Program-made: the position numbers and the translations under genes
Part shown: positions 41,393-51,952 of the stretch, one piece after another
Layout: the number at the start of each line of letters is the position of its first letter
Position numbering within the stretch: the first letter of the stretch is position 1
The notes under the pieces: generated by a model
Database searches by the model: none
What the model was told of the DNA's origin: nothing
The model's input: only the letters and a program-made list of their open reading frames with translations
From: Methanothrix sp.
GTDB taxonomy: Archaea; Halobacteriota; Methanosarcinia; Methanotrichales; Methanotrichaceae
Length of the DNA: 64,000 nt
Assembly (NCBI GenBank): GCA_963682135.1
Contig: OY821645.1
Coordinates: forward strand, 1,056,001 to 1,120,000
Direction: 5' to 3'

Positions 41393-41884
41393 TTACTGCA
41401 AATAATTCTCGATACTGATCAACTTATCCACATCGCTCTTGCTGATGCTCGACTCTGAGACGACCTTCTCCTGCACCTCGATAGGGGCATGGCTCCTCAG
41501 AGCCAGGGCCAGACAGTCGGAGGGCCGGGCATCTATCTCGCTCTGTTTGCTCTCGCTCTTAAGGGTGAGACGAGCATAGTAGATGCCGCCGTCCAGATCA
41601 TCGATGAGCACATTGGTGATGCTGGCGGAAAGGCATTCCAGGACGGAGATGAAGAGATCGTGAGTCATGGGCCGGGGCGACAGCTCCCCGGAGAGAGCAT
41701 GATGAATGGAGACCGCCTCGGAGAGCCCCACAAATATGGGCACAATCCTCGCCTTCTCATCTTCCAGGAGGACCACGGGTACAGGCGCGCTTCCTTCTGA
41801 TTCGGCGATGTAGACTCCTTTAACCCTGACTGGAACAGGTGCCCGGGTGACTTCGTCCTCCATGCTCATTTTATAAGACTCCAA
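41393..41884 (-). CDS. Bifunctional nuclease (DUF151) family protein
   Basis: PIFVGLSEA, RPMTHDL, IDARPSDCLALA. Confidence 0.9.
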   Translation of the reverse strand: MESYKMSMEDEVTRAPVPVRVKGVYIAESEGSAPVPVVLLEDEKARIVPIFVGLSEAVSIHHALSGELSPRPMTHDLFISVLECLSASITNVLIDDLDGGIYYARLTLKSESKQSEIDARPSDCLALALRSHAPIEVQEKVVSESSISKSDVDKLISIENYLQ

Positions 41885-41904
41885 TCATCTCTGCTTCATT
41901 CACA

Positions 41905-44900
41905 TTATGCTGCCCGATCTATGCCGATTCTCACACAGATCCCCTCTATATCCCAGTCTTTAACCAACTTTCCCTGTAGCTCCAGGCCCAGGCCCAACTG
42001 GAAATTTGCGGCTCGAACCTCGCTGGCAATATGATCCTTCTTTCGCATTGCTAAGTCGAGGATCGGCTTGCTCTCGATATCGACAACAGCCCGGATCTGA
42101 TCTTCCACGCGCAGATCCAGCTCCTTTCTCATGTCCTGAATGCGACGAATGATCTCTCGGGCATACCCTTCTGCCTCCAGCTCAGGTGTGAGGGTGATAT
42201 CCACGTAGACGAATCCCCGGGAAAACTCAGCCGCCGGCAAATTTTGGGGCGGTAGTTCCTTGATCGCCACCATCTCAGCAGTTATTTTATAATCCTTTCC
42301 TGCGAACGATATGGTCGCATCACCGCTGTCCAGTTGCCTCTTGACCTCAAAGGGATCGGCGGCAGCTATGGCCTCGACAACCGCTTTGGCTTCGCCCTTA
42401 TAAACCGGCCCGATCTTCTTATGAACCGGAGCCATCTCCAGGTCCATCTTTGGCTTTTCTCCCGCAGCCAGCACAGTTATCTTCTTGGAGTTGGTCTGGC
42501 CCTTGAGAACTTTTTCCAGGCCGCCCAGGTCCAGGACCTCTTTAGCCGGAGCAATCACGATCTCTGAGACCGGCCAGCGCAATTTCCTGCCACCTTTTTG
42601 GCGAGCATTGGAAGCCGCCATGGAAGCCTCCCTTACCAGCCCCATGCTCTCTTCCAGGCGCTTGTCTATCCGCTCCTTTTGGGCCTGAGGCCACTGGCAC
42701 ATATGCACCGACTGAGGTGCACCCTCGTCCAGGCCCTTCACCAGATTCTGATAGATGGACTCGGAGATGAAGGGAGCAAACGGAGCCATAATCTGGCTGA
42801 GTTTGACCAAAACCTCATAGATGGTGGCGTAGGCGGCCAGCTTGTCCGGATCATCCTGCTCAATCCAGGTGCGAGGCCGCACCAGCTGGATGTACCAGCG
42901 AGAGAGATCTTCCAGAATGAAGTCGGAGATGGAGCGTACAATGCGGTGCAGCTGGTAGCCCTCCATCTCTGCTGTGACATCCTCTATCAGGCTGTTTACC
43001 CGGGACAGAATCCAGCGATCCTCGGGACGCAGATTGCTCTCGTACCTGGATAGATCTGCCTTGCCGCCGTCAAACTTATCCAGGACCATGTAGGGCAGAG
43101 CAAAACGATAAGCATTCCAGAAGATGTTGAGCATGCGGCCGGTGTTCTCCACGCCGTCCCAGGAGAAGTGCAGATCCTCCCAGGGTGCATTGGCTCCCAG
43201 CACATAGAAGCGCAGGATGTCGGCCCCGAACTTTTGCACAACCTCTTCCGGCTGGACGATATTGCCTATGCTCTTGGACATCTTCCTGCCCTGGTCGTCC
43301 AAGGTGAAGCCGTGCATGAGAACGCTCTTGTAAGGCGCCCGGCCAAAGGAGACCATGGAGGCTCCCAGTTGAGAGTAGAACCAGCCGCGCGTCTGGTCGT
43401 GCCCTTCTGTGATGAAATCGGCCGGCCACCAGTCCGAGAATTCCTCCTTGTGACTGGGGAAACGCAATGTGGCCCAGGAGGCAACCGCACTGTCAAACCA
43501 GACATCAAAGACATCAGGCGAGCGCGCCATCTTGCCGCCGCAGGGGCAGTCCAGGAAGACATGGTCCACATCCGGCCGGTGCAGATCGGCGAGCTTCCGG
43601 CCGCTTCGCTCCTCGAGCTCTGCTGCCGTGCCGATAACCTCCAGATGACCGCAAGTCGGGCAGGTCCAGATGGGCAGGGGAATTCCCCAGTATCTCTGCC
43701 GGGAGATACACCAGTCGCGGGCATTGTTGATCCAGTCAGCGAAGCGAGCCGATCCGGCCCAATCCGGATACCAGGTTATGCGCGAGACCTCATCGAGCAT
43801 TTTGTCCCGCAGATCGGATATTCGCAAGAACCACTGGCTAGTGGCGATGAAAATTATGGGCGTCTTGCAGCGCCAGCAATGGCCGTAGCGGTGCGCGAGC
43901 CGTCCCGAAGCCAGCAGCCGTCCCTGCTCCTCCAGATCGGTGATAACTTCGCTATCAGCTTCCTTAACGTACAGGCCCTGATACTTCGTGCCTGCCTCAG
44001 CCGTATAGCGTCCGTCTCCTCCTACCGGGCAGAATATCTCCATATGATTTTTCATTCCCAGCTCGTAGTCCTCAAGACCGTGGCCGGGAGCGATGTGCAC
44101 GCAGCCGGTGTTCTCTGCCGTCACGAAGTCGGCGGCATAAACCTTGTGCAAGATATCTTTTTGGCGGGGGACCATATCGCCCAGAGGGTGGCTGTAGGTG
44201 AGCTTTTGCATCTGCTCGGCCGACAGAGAGGAAAACAGCTCATAGTCCTGATAGCGGCCGATCTTGAGAACCGACTCAACCAGGTCCGAGGCCATGATGA
44301 GGATCTCCGCCTTTCCGTCTTTCCAGGCTCTGACCCTGGAATATTGGAAGGAGGGGTTCACAGCCACGCCCACGTTGGCGGGAATGGTCCAGGGTGTGGT
44401 GGTCCAGATGACAATGTAGGTATTCTCTTCGCCCAGCACCGGGAACTTGACATAGATGGAGTAGTCGGTCTCATCCCAGTACTCCACCTCGGAGTCGGCA
44501 ATGGCCGTCTGGCAGCGCGGGCACCAATTCACCACCCGCAGACCTCTCTCCAGGAGGTTATTCTCATGCGCTTTTTTCAGAGTCCACCAGGCAGCCTCCA
44601 GATACTCGTTCTTGAGTGTCATGTAGGGATCTTCCCAGTCCAGCCAGGCCCCCAGGATCTGAAACTGAGCAGTCATGTCGTCTTTTTGGCGCAGCGCGAA
44701 CTCCTTGCAGCGGGCGATGAACTTATCGACGCCATAAGCCTCGATATCCTTCTTGTTTCTAAAGCCGAAGGACTCCTCTACCTTGACCTCGATGGGCAGG
44801 CCGTGCATATCCCAGCCCGCCCGGTCCTTGACCTCAAAACCATTCATGGACTTGTAGCGCAAAACGCAGTCCTTGATCACCTTATTCCAGGCGGTGCCCA

Positions 44901-45066
44901 GATGAATGCGACCCGTGGTGTAAGGCGGTCCGTCCACAAAGAAAAATTTCTTGCCGCCCACCCGCAGCTTGCGAACCGTGCGATAGGTATCTTCCCTCTC
45001 CCACAACAATCTGATCTGGCTTTCCAGATCCTTTGCATTATACTGCCCAGCCACCTCGCTGATCAT
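41905..45066 (-). CDS. ileS: Isoleucine-tRNA ligase
   Basis: DGPPYTTG.IHLG, WCISRQRYWG, EGHDQTRGWF, KMSKS. Confidence 0.98.
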   Translation of the reverse strand: MISEVAGQYNAKDLESQIRLLWEREDTYRTVRKLRVGGKKFFFVDGPPYTTGRIHLGTAWNKVIKDCVLRYKSMNGFEVKDRAGWDMHGLPIEVKVEESFGFRNKKDIEAYGVDKFIARCKEFALRQKDDMTAQFQILGAWLDWEDPYMTLKNEYLEAAWWTLKKAHENNLLERGLRVVNWCPRCQTAIADSEVEYWDETDYSIYVKFPVLGEENTYIVIWTTTPWTIPANVGVAVNPSFQYSRVRAWKDGKAEILIMASDLVESVLKIGRYQDYELFSSLSAEQMQKLTYSHPLGDMVPRQKDILHKVYAADFVTAENTGCVHIAPGHGLEDYELGMKNHMEIFCPVGGDGRYTAEAGTKYQGLYVKEADSEVITDLEEQGRLLASGRLAHRYGHCWRCKTPIIFIATSQWFLRISDLRDKMLDEVSRITWYPDWAGSARFADWINNARDWCISRQRYWGIPLPIWTCPTCGHLEVIGTAAELEERSGRKLADLHRPDVDHVFLDCPCGGKMARSPDVFDVWFDSAVASWATLRFPSHKEEFSDWWPADFITEGHDQTRGWFYSQLGASMVSFGRAPYKSVLMHGFTLDDQGRKMSKSIGNIVQPEEVVQKFGADILRFYVLGANAPWEDLHFSWDGVENTGRMLNIFWNAYRFALPYMVLDKFDGGKADLSRYESNLRPEDRWILSRVNSLIEDVTAEMEGYQLHRIVRSISDFILEDLSRWYIQLVRPRTWIEQDDPDKLAAYATIYEVLVKLSQIMAPFAPFISESIYQNLVKGLDEGAPQSVHMCQWPQAQKERIDKRLEESMGLVREASMAASNARQKGGRKLRWPVSEIVIAPAKEVLDLGGLEKVLKGQTNSKKITVLAAGEKPKMDLEMAPVHKKIGPVYKGEAKAVVEAIAAADPFEVKRQLDSGDATISFAGKDYKITAEMVAIKELPPQNLPAAEFSRGFVYVDITLTPELEAEGYAREIIRRIQDMRKELDLRVEDQIRAVVDIESKPILDLAMRKKDHIASEVRAANFQLGLGLELQGKLVKDWDIEGICVRIGIDRAA

Positions 45067-45219
45067 AGGAAATCCTCCAAAAAACAGTTTTGCCATCATG
45101 TTTCACATCTATATTTAGCCTTTGTTGCCTTGCCACAAATCAGATGATACGCCGGCCAGCTCATTGCAGCAATATTGATATAATGACAGCACGAACCATT
45201 TTCTCAGGAGGAGTTATTC

Positions 45220-46182
45220 ATTAAAGAGGAGATCTGGATCGAGAAGTACCGGCCGGAAAAGCTGGATGACATTGTGGGCCAGGACGAGATAATCCGCCGT
45301 CTCAAGTCCTATGTAAAGACCAGAAACCTGCCGCATCTTCTGTTTTCAGGGCCGCCGGGCGTGGGCAAGACGGCAGCATCCATCTCCATTGTCAAAGAGA
45401 TCTTCGGCGAGACCTGGCGCAATAATTTCATCGAGCTGAATGCCAGCGATGAGAGAGGCATAGATATCATCCGCCACAAAGTCAAGGACTTCGCCCGCAT
45501 GGCCCCCTTAGGTGAAGCAGATTTCAAGGTTATATTTCTAGACGAGGCCGACGCCCTGACCAATGACGCCCAGAGCGCTCTGCGGCGCACTATGGAGCGC
45601 TATTCGGCCACAACCAGGTTCATATTATCCTGCAACTACTCCTCCAAGATCATTGAGCCCATCCAGTCTCGCTGTGCCGTCTACCGCTTCAAGCCCCTCT
45701 CGGCAGCAGCCGTCAAGAAGCGCGTCAAATTTATCGCAGATGAAGAAAAGCTGATAGTATCCGAGGAAGGGCTTTCTGCCATTGAATATGTTGCCGGCGG
45801 AGATATGCGAAAAGCCATCAATGCCCTGCAGGCGGCGGCCCTTCTGGGCGATAAGGTGGACGAGGAGACGATTTACCAGATCACATCCACTGCTAAGCCA
45901 GAGGAGATTCGAAATTTCATAAAGACGGCTCTTTCCGGAGACTTCGTGGGAGCGCGTGCGGCACTGGACGATCTGCTGCTCTCCAAGGGGCTCTCCGGCC
46001 AGGATGTGGTGGTGCAGATTCACCGGGCCATGCTGGACCTGGATATACCGGACAGGGACAAGGTCAGACTGATCGACCGTATCGGAGAGATCGATTTTCG
46101 CATGACGGAAGGCGCTAACGAGAGAATTCAGCTGGAAGCACTGCTGGCTTACTTTGCCTTGAGTAAATCAAATACACAGTAA
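45220..46182 (+). CDS. rfcS: Replication factor C small subunit (probable ATT start)
   Basis: WIEKYRP lies upstream of the first canonical start; [24 protein letters not shown]. Confidence 0.92.
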   Translation: MKEEIWIEKYRPEKLDDIVGQDEIIRRLKSYVKTRNLPHLLFSGPPGVGKTAASISIVKEIFGETWRNNFIELNASDERGIDIIRHKVKDFARMAPLGEADFKVIFLDEADALTNDAQSALRRTMERYSATTRFILSCNYSSKIIEPIQSRCAVYRFKPLSAAAVKKRVKFIADEEKLIVSEEGLSAIEYVAGGDMRKAINALQAAALLGDKVDEETIYQITSTAKPEEIRNFIKTALSGDFVGARAALDDLLLSKGLSGQDVVVQIHRAMLDLDIPDRDKVRLIDRIGEIDFRMTEGANERIQLEALLAYFALSKSNTQ

Positions 46183-46191
46183 CTAAAATCT

Positions 46192-46929
46192 ATGCAGCCC
46201 ACGGGACGAATATTCATGGAGATGACCAGATATGACCGCCTTTCCCGCGCGGATCAGTTCCTAGGTCTTCCAGCCCCTTCACTTGAGAAGCCTGCTCCGG
46301 AAGATTGCAGGTTCATTTCGCTACCTTCGCCGGAGGAAATATCCACATCTCCATTGGAACTTCGCTTCGCCATTGAATCGCGAAGATCGATTCGCAGGTA
46401 TGCCGGCGATCCTCTGACCATGCAGGAACTGGCTTACCTTCTCTGGTGTACACAAGGGATTTTAGAGCAGCATGAACCATATGCCACTTTTCGTAATGTT
46501 CCTTCTGCCGGGGGCCGCCATGCCTTTGAGACCTATTTGCTGGTTAATCGGGTGAGAGGCCTTGAGCCCGGACTCTATCGCTATTTAGCATTCTCTCATG
46601 GTCTCATGCCCATCGAGATTAACCCTGGTGTGGCGGATAAGATCATGGATGCTTGTCTCAGGCAGGCCATAGTAAGGGACTCGGCGGTCACATTCATCTG
46701 GTCTTGTGTCATCTATCGCATGTCATGGAGGTATAGCGAACGTGCCTATCGGTTGGTTCACCTCGATGCTGGCCATGTGTGCCAGAACCTCTATCTTGCC
46801 GCTGAGCAGATCAGTTGCGGCGCTTGTGCAATTGGAGCTTTTGATGATGAGCTAATGGCTGGGCTGCTTGGGATCGATGGAGTGGAGGAGTTTGTTATCT
46901 ACTGTGCAACGGTCGGAAGGAAGGTTTGA
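46192..46929 (+). CDS. SagB/ThcOx-type nitroreductase family protein
   Basis: RRSIRRY, RNVPSAGGRH, DAGHVCQNLYL. Confidence 0.9.
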   Translation: MQPTGRIFMEMTRYDRLSRADQFLGLPAPSLEKPAPEDCRFISLPSPEEISTSPLELRFAIESRRSIRRYAGDPLTMQELAYLLWCTQGILEQHEPYATFRNVPSAGGRHAFETYLLVNRVRGLEPGLYRYLAFSHGLMPIEINPGVADKIMDACLRQAIVRDSAVTFIWSCVIYRMSWRYSERAYRLVHLDAGHVCQNLYLAAEQISCGACAIGAFDDELMAGLLGIDGVEEFVIYCATVGRKV

Positions 46930-47066
46930 GATCAATCCAAAATTTTTTAGCTCATCCGAAAGGCAGAAAAAAGTGAAAGCAGCGAAAGAGGAATCACCCC
47001 GCATATGCTGATGCACAGATTATACGCTTTTTTGGCTCTTCGCTGTTTCATCAAGTCAACATGCCT

Positions 47067-47957
47067 CTATGCACCGTATCCCTTATACGCCTTCTTCAAC
47101 ACTTCGATGTCAAACTTTTTCATTTTGAGAAACGCCTCAGTCACTCGTGCCAACTTCTCTCGATCTTTATCCTTGAGCATTTCTTCCATAACCGTGGGAA
47201 CAATCTGCCACGAGACGCCGTATCTATCCTTCAGCCAGCCGCATTGTTCCGCCTTTGGGTCTGCGGAAAGCTTGTCCCAATAGTAATCAATCTCCTCCTG
47301 CGTCTCGCAGTGCACTATGAACGAAATGGCTTCATTGAAAGAAAAATTGTGGATACGCGCGCTGTCCATAGCAGCAAATTCCTGCCCCTCAAGCTCGAAA
47401 GCGGCATGCTTTATTGTTCCTTCTTCGTCCGGGTCTTCACCTTTAGTGTAACGGAGTATATCGCCCACTCTTGCGTTGTGGAACAGCGTTGTGTAAAAAT
47501 TGATCGCTTCTTCTGCTTTTCCCGCATTCTTGCCGACAAACATAAGCGTCGGAGTGATCTTCTGCTTTATTTCATGCCCACCCATGAACATCACTTGCCA
47601 CGAAAGGCCGTACCTGTCCTGCACCCACCCATATCTTTCACTGAATGGATATTCGCCAAGCTCCATGAGTGTCGTGCCTCCATCCGAGAGTTTTTCCCAT
47701 AATGCACCGACCTCGTCCTTTGTCTTGCAGGCGACAAGAAATGATATAGATGGATTGAATTTAAAAAGTGGGCCTGCGCTGATGAGCGTGAATTCCTGCC
47801 CCGAAAGTTCAATGGTAACAATATCTACCGTGCCTGAAGGGGTGTTATTGAGCCTTGTCATTTCATTGATTTTCGAGTCATCAAAAACCGAAGCATAGAA
47901 CTGGGCTGCCTCTTCAGCATCTCTATCGAACCACAGATGCGAGGTGATTTTTTGCAT
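47067..47957 (-). CDS. Tandem VOC (PhnB/3-dmu-9 3-methyltransferase-like) protein
   Basis: Twice KIT..L.F...AEEA..FY...GW..DRYG.SWQ. Confidence 0.9.
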   Translation of the reverse strand: MQKITSHLWFDRDAEEAAQFYASVFDDSKINEMTRLNNTPSGTVDIVTIELSGQEFTLISAGPLFKFNPSISFLVACKTKDEVGALWEKLSDGGTTLMELGEYPFSERYGWVQDRYGLSWQVMFMGGHEIKQKITPTLMFVGKNAGKAEEAINFYTTLFHNARVGDILRYTKGEDPDEEGTIKHAAFELEGQEFAAMDSARIHNFSFNEAISFIVHCETQEEIDYYWDKLSADPKAEQCGWLKDRYGVSWQIVPTVMEEMLKDKDREKLARVTEAFLKMKKFDIEVLKKAYKGYGA

Positions 47958-47959
47958 GG

Positions 47960-48223
47960 TTATTGCACCTCCTTAAGCCGTTTACGGCGAGCAAGTTCTG
48001 CCTCATTTGGCGTTTCCAAGGCAAACGACCCTGTCTTGACTTTCCCTGCACGCTCATAAGTGGCAACTATGACACCTGTGTTTGAAGTTTTACTGTCAAC
48101 GAGCTTGAAGCCCGCCGGAATAGTGCCATCGCCAAAAAGGCGCTTGCCTGTGCCGAGTGTAAGCGGGAATATCTTTAAGCGAAACTCGTCAATCAGGTCA
48201 TGTTTCAAGATTAGTTTTCTCAT
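47960..48223 (-). pseudogene. RibD_C/dihydrofolate reductase-family gene with large internal deletion
   Basis: N-terminal MRKLI joined directly to C-terminal LKHDLIDEFRLKIFPLTLGTGKRLF. Confidence 0.7.
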
Positions 48224-48352
48224 TTCAATTTCTCCGCTCCAGCTATTCTTCACTTCAAATAAGCTATGAATATGGTTGACATTGTTTATAAAATTTTTTT
48301 ATAAGATGTTAATATAAAATTGTATACATTGCCGTTGAAGGCTTCCTGAAAA

Positions 48353-49036
48353 TCATCTCACCAAGACGGCTCGCACCGGAGAAGCTTCTGCATCCGGTAT
48401 GCTCAGGGGAAGACAAATTAGAGAATATCTGCCGCATGGGACATCGGCAAGATCGATGCCCTCCAGAATGAGAACATCATTTTCCAGAAGGGCGCGATGA
48501 ACGGACAAAGAGTCGTCCCCATATTTATCTACGGATAGGTAGTCAATCCCCAACAAACTGGCCCCCTCGGCGACGCAAAGCCGGGCTACGTCTAACGAAA
48601 GGCAGACGAAATCTTCCGAGAAGGCGGCCTGATGCATGAGCCTCTTCCTGGAATTGTCGGTCTTAAAGAGCAGAGCCTGGCCCGCTTCGATCTTGCAGCC
48701 CTGCAAGCTGCACGGCAGGACCGGTCCTTCCCCCGAGGCGCAGACGACCTCAGCCGGCATGATGAAGCGCTTTAGAGGATATTTATCCAAGGATGCGCCG
48801 CTCTCCAGCAGATGGGAAGGAAAATCCAGATGAGTGCCGGCATGCGATCCCAGGGCTAAGGCGGATAAATTATAGCCGCTGCCCTTATCCAGCCTTGCTA
48901 TCCACTCGCGGAAATACAAGCGATCTCCGGGATAGATGGGCGCCTTGTTCAAGGGCGCACTTATATCGTACACTTGCTTAAGATCCAAGAGACTATCAGG
49001 GCCGATTTCAGATGCAAGAGGCATAAGAGAAAACAT
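48353..49036 (-). CDS. Cyclase (kynurenine formamidase-like) family protein
   Basis: HAGTHLDFPSH, GIDYLS, HRALL...ILE, ASPVRAV. Confidence 0.9.
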   Translation of the reverse strand: MFSLMPLASEIGPDSLLDLKQVYDISAPLNKAPIYPGDRLYFREWIARLDKGSGYNLSALALGSHAGTHLDFPSHLLESGASLDKYPLKRFIMPAEVVCASGEGPVLPCSLQGCKIEAGQALLFKTDNSRKRLMHQAAFSEDFVCLSLDVARLCVAEGASLLGIDYLSVDKYGDDSLSVHRALLENDVLILEGIDLADVPCGRYSLICLPLSIPDAEASPVRAVLVR

Positions 49037-49144
49037 TTTTCATACTATTTATAATGGACAATTGGACAACAACCGGGGAATCGTTATCTTCCAATGCCTC
49101 TTCGCCTCCAAAGACTTATAACGCCAAAGAAGACAATCATCCAC

Positions 49145-49747
49145 ATGAAGAATCTGGGCACAATGGACCGGCTTCTGAGGGTAATTCTGGCTGAGATATG
49201 CATCCTTGTGGCCTTCTTTTGGGTGACTGTGGAGTGGCAGATCCCCCTTTACCTGATCGCCGGAGTGATGCTGCTTCAGGCTGGCACGGCTACATGCAGC
49301 GTCTACACCTTGCTTGGCTGGAATAATTGCCGAATAGTCCGCCGCACGGACAAGAATCTGATGACTGCCTTTGTTGTCGCGGCTCTGCTGCTGGCTGTAG
49401 CTGGCAGCTATGGCAGCGCGATGCTGACCAAGAGCATCTTTCTGGAGGATTTGGGAAGCGTAAACGATTCCTATAACCTGGCGCTGCATTCCCTCGATCA
49501 GGGTCAGAGAGATAATATGGCAACGCACTACGGAAATCTGGATAGCGCCTTCGCCGCCTTTTCTATGAAGTATAGCAAATACGAGCCGCTAACGATAAAG
49601 TTTGACGGCAATTTCACATCTCAGATGAATAATATCTCTGCGGCAATTGCCGGGTCAAAGCAAGACGTGGCTTTAGGCAATCTCACCTCTGCTCATAAGG
49701 AGCTGAAGAAGGTCGGGCCGATCATTGAGAAGATGCAGGACAGATAG
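49145..49747 (+). CDS. DUF2892-domain membrane protein with C-terminal extension
   Basis: MKNLGTMDRLLR...CSVYTLLG.N. Confidence 0.8.
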   Translation: MKNLGTMDRLLRVILAEICILVAFFWVTVEWQIPLYLIAGVMLLQAGTATCSVYTLLGWNNCRIVRRTDKNLMTAFVVAALLLAVAGSYGSAMLTKSIFLEDLGSVNDSYNLALHSLDQGQRDNMATHYGNLDSAFAAFSMKYSKYEPLTIKFDGNFTSQMNNISAAIAGSKQDVALGNLTSAHKELKKVGPIIEKMQDR

Positions 49748-49780
49748 GCATTACTGAGAAAAATAATAGATTAGATATTT

Positions 49781-50065
49781 TTATTTCCGATCCAGAACCT
49801 TGATGAGATGGTAGCCGAACTGGCTCTTCACCGGCCCCAGGATCTTGCCCTTCTCGCCCTCGAAGGCGGCCTTCTCAAACTCAGGGACCATTTTGCCCTT
49901 GCCAAACCATCCCAGGTCCCCGCCACTCTTGCTGGATGGGCAGGTCGAGTATTTGCGAGCCATCTCGGCAAAGTTCTCCTGGCCCATGGCCAGCTTTTCT
50001 GCAACTTCTTTTGCCTTCTTTTCCGTCTTGCAAAGGATGTGAGCAGCATGTACTTCTTTTACCAT
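49781..50065 (-). CDS. Parvulin-type peptidyl-prolyl isomerase
   Basis: AAHIL, S.CPS...GGDLG.F, MVPEFE, QFGYHLI. Confidence 0.93.
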   Translation of the reverse strand: MVKEVHAAHILCKTEKKAKEVAEKLAMGQENFAEMARKYSTCPSSKSGGDLGWFGKGKMVPEFEKAAFEGEKGKILGPVKSQFGYHLIKVLDRK

Positions 50066-50097
50066 AGGCAGGGTGTGGAAATCATAGAGATAAAAAG

Positions 50098-50304
50098 CTA
50101 TTCGATGATCTCCGCCACCCGGCCCACCTGGCCATCCTGAAGCCTTACTTTGATGCCGTGCGGATGGGTGGGGGAACTGGTCAAAAGCTCCTTGACGATG
50201 CCGCGCGTCCGCTTGCCGGTGCGCTGGTCATTCTTGAGGACTACGTCCACGGTCAGGCCGGGGCGGACGTCCTTGCGGTTTTTTCCACTTTTTGCGAGTG
50301 ACAT
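50098..50304 (-). CDS. YwbE / DUF2196 family protein
   Basis: VLK.DQRTGK.T.G.V..LLT.S..HPHGIKVRL.DGQVGRV. Confidence 0.9.
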   Translation of the reverse strand: MSLAKSGKNRKDVRPGLTVDVVLKNDQRTGKRTRGIVKELLTSSPTHPHGIKVRLQDGQVGRVAEIIE

Positions 50305-50548
50305 TTAACCTCATAATCGTTCTCTAATTGCACATATGTTTTAATTTTCTATTGATCATTGGAAACAAGAGTATTATCTTGAAGCCTTCAGTCTCAGCTT
50401 TATATAATTATCGTATACTTTGGATTCAGACTACATCACAAATACAAGATTCGAAGAGCCTGGTAAAGTTTATCATTATTGAATGTAATAATAACTACCA
50501 AGGAGTTTTGCGGCTTATCGATTAGGTAGGAACGAAATTAATAGAGGA

Positions 50549-51883
50549 TTGGGTATGTGTAAATTGAAAACGATGATATCAGATAAACAGCTGCATGCCA
50601 TTGTTTTTTTGTTGCTGGTGACTTTTATATTCGCTGCAGCGGCACAAGATCAGCAGTCTCCTTTGAATGACAAGGAGAAGAAGCTTGCTGATGGGATCAA
50701 CCAATATCGTACACAGAACGGTCTTTCGGCGGTTCCGATCACGAACTCGCTCACTAAAGTCGCCAGAACACACATTGCTGACCTCAATACATATCATCCC
50801 GACACAAAGAACTATGGAAACGGCGACTGCAATACCCATAGCTGGTCTAATAAAGGTGATTGGACCGCGGTATGTTATGCCGGTTCTGCCCAACAATTGC
50901 AGATGCATAACAAGCCTGGTGAGATTACCGAGAGTTATGATAGTAATGGTTACGAAATAGCATCTTGGAGTAGTGGCGAGGCAACTGCGCAAGGCGCTAT
51001 TGACGGGTGGAAGAGCAGCAGCGATCATAGCGATGTCATCCTCGAACGCAACATATGGGCGAATTCAGCCTGGAAGGCTATGGGTGTTGGCATCGAGGGC
51101 AACTACGCGGTTGTCTGGTTTGGCATGATCGCAGATCCTGCTGGGAGGGTTCCAACTTCCAACACATTCACCAGCGAAGACTATCCGGATATTAGAGGTC
51201 CGGCTTGCACAGAATCGTACTGTACCGATGTCAATCTATTGCATGGATGCGATCAAAATATTGAAACCATAGAACCACAAGGATGCTTCCTTGGCTTATT
51301 TGGTCCACCCAACGAGCAATTCAGAGTTGGTAACGGGCCTAATGCATTTGCCGATGTTTATTATGCAGAATTCAATGTGGCCATTGTTGGTGGGACCGGC
51401 CAGGCACAGGCAGCACGAGATGCACCCAGGTTAGTGATTCTAATTGATAAGACATTGAGCAACGGCCTTGATTTAACACAAGATAGCGAGCTGCAAATAA
51501 ATGATAAGCCGGCAATAAAGCTAAAAGACTACAGTAGCAAGACAACCGATGAAGGCAAAGACAAATTCCTATACAAATTGCCGGTATCGTACCTGAAAAC
51601 GGGCGAGAATACTCTAAAGATCAAGCCTAAAGGAGATGAATTCGCCATATACAAAATATGGATAGAGAATGCAAAAGGAGAACGGATTTGGCGAGAGAAG
51701 AATGATCCATGCTCATATCAGAGCGTATGCAGATTTGATGTCAAGTACAATCCGGACCAACTTGCATGTGATTTTACAGCAGCTGTGCAGGTATGCAAAG
51801 AGAAAAAAGGGTCCGGCAAACCATGTGATAAGAACTTCGAATGTGTGTCGGGAGGGTGTTCTGCAAGCCACACCTGCACCTAG
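50549..51883 (+). CDS. Secreted CAP/SCP-domain protein with Cys-rich C-terminus
   Basis: INQYR..NGL, VARTH, WKSS..H, MGVGI; ends C...GKPC..NFEC.SGGC....C. Confidence 0.8.
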   Translation: MGMCKLKTMISDKQLHAIVFLLLVTFIFAAAAQDQQSPLNDKEKKLADGINQYRTQNGLSAVPITNSLTKVARTHIADLNTYHPDTKNYGNGDCNTHSWSNKGDWTAVCYAGSAQQLQMHNKPGEITESYDSNGYEIASWSSGEATAQGAIDGWKSSSDHSDVILERNIWANSAWKAMGVGIEGNYAVVWFGMIADPAGRVPTSNTFTSEDYPDIRGPACTESYCTDVNLLHGCDQNIETIEPQGCFLGLFGPPNEQFRVGNGPNAFADVYYAEFNVAIVGGTGQAQAARDAPRLVILIDKTLSNGLDLTQDSELQINDKPAIKLKDYSSKTTDEGKDKFLYKLPVSYLKTGENTLKIKPKGDEFAIYKIWIENAKGERIWREKNDPCSYQSVCRFDVKYNPDQLACDFTAAVQVCKEKKGSGKPCDKNFECVSGGCSASHTCT

Positions 51884-51952
51884 GCACACATCACTTTTTT
51901 TAGTTTTTACTCTTTTATTCTTGTCTTGCTCAGCAATCCCCGGATTCCAATT

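Noticed and set aside
43168-45147. 659-aa plus-strand ORF
   Set aside because: Antisense shadow of ileS with no recognisable motifs; the many other overlapping short ORFs in the track were dismissed for the same reason.
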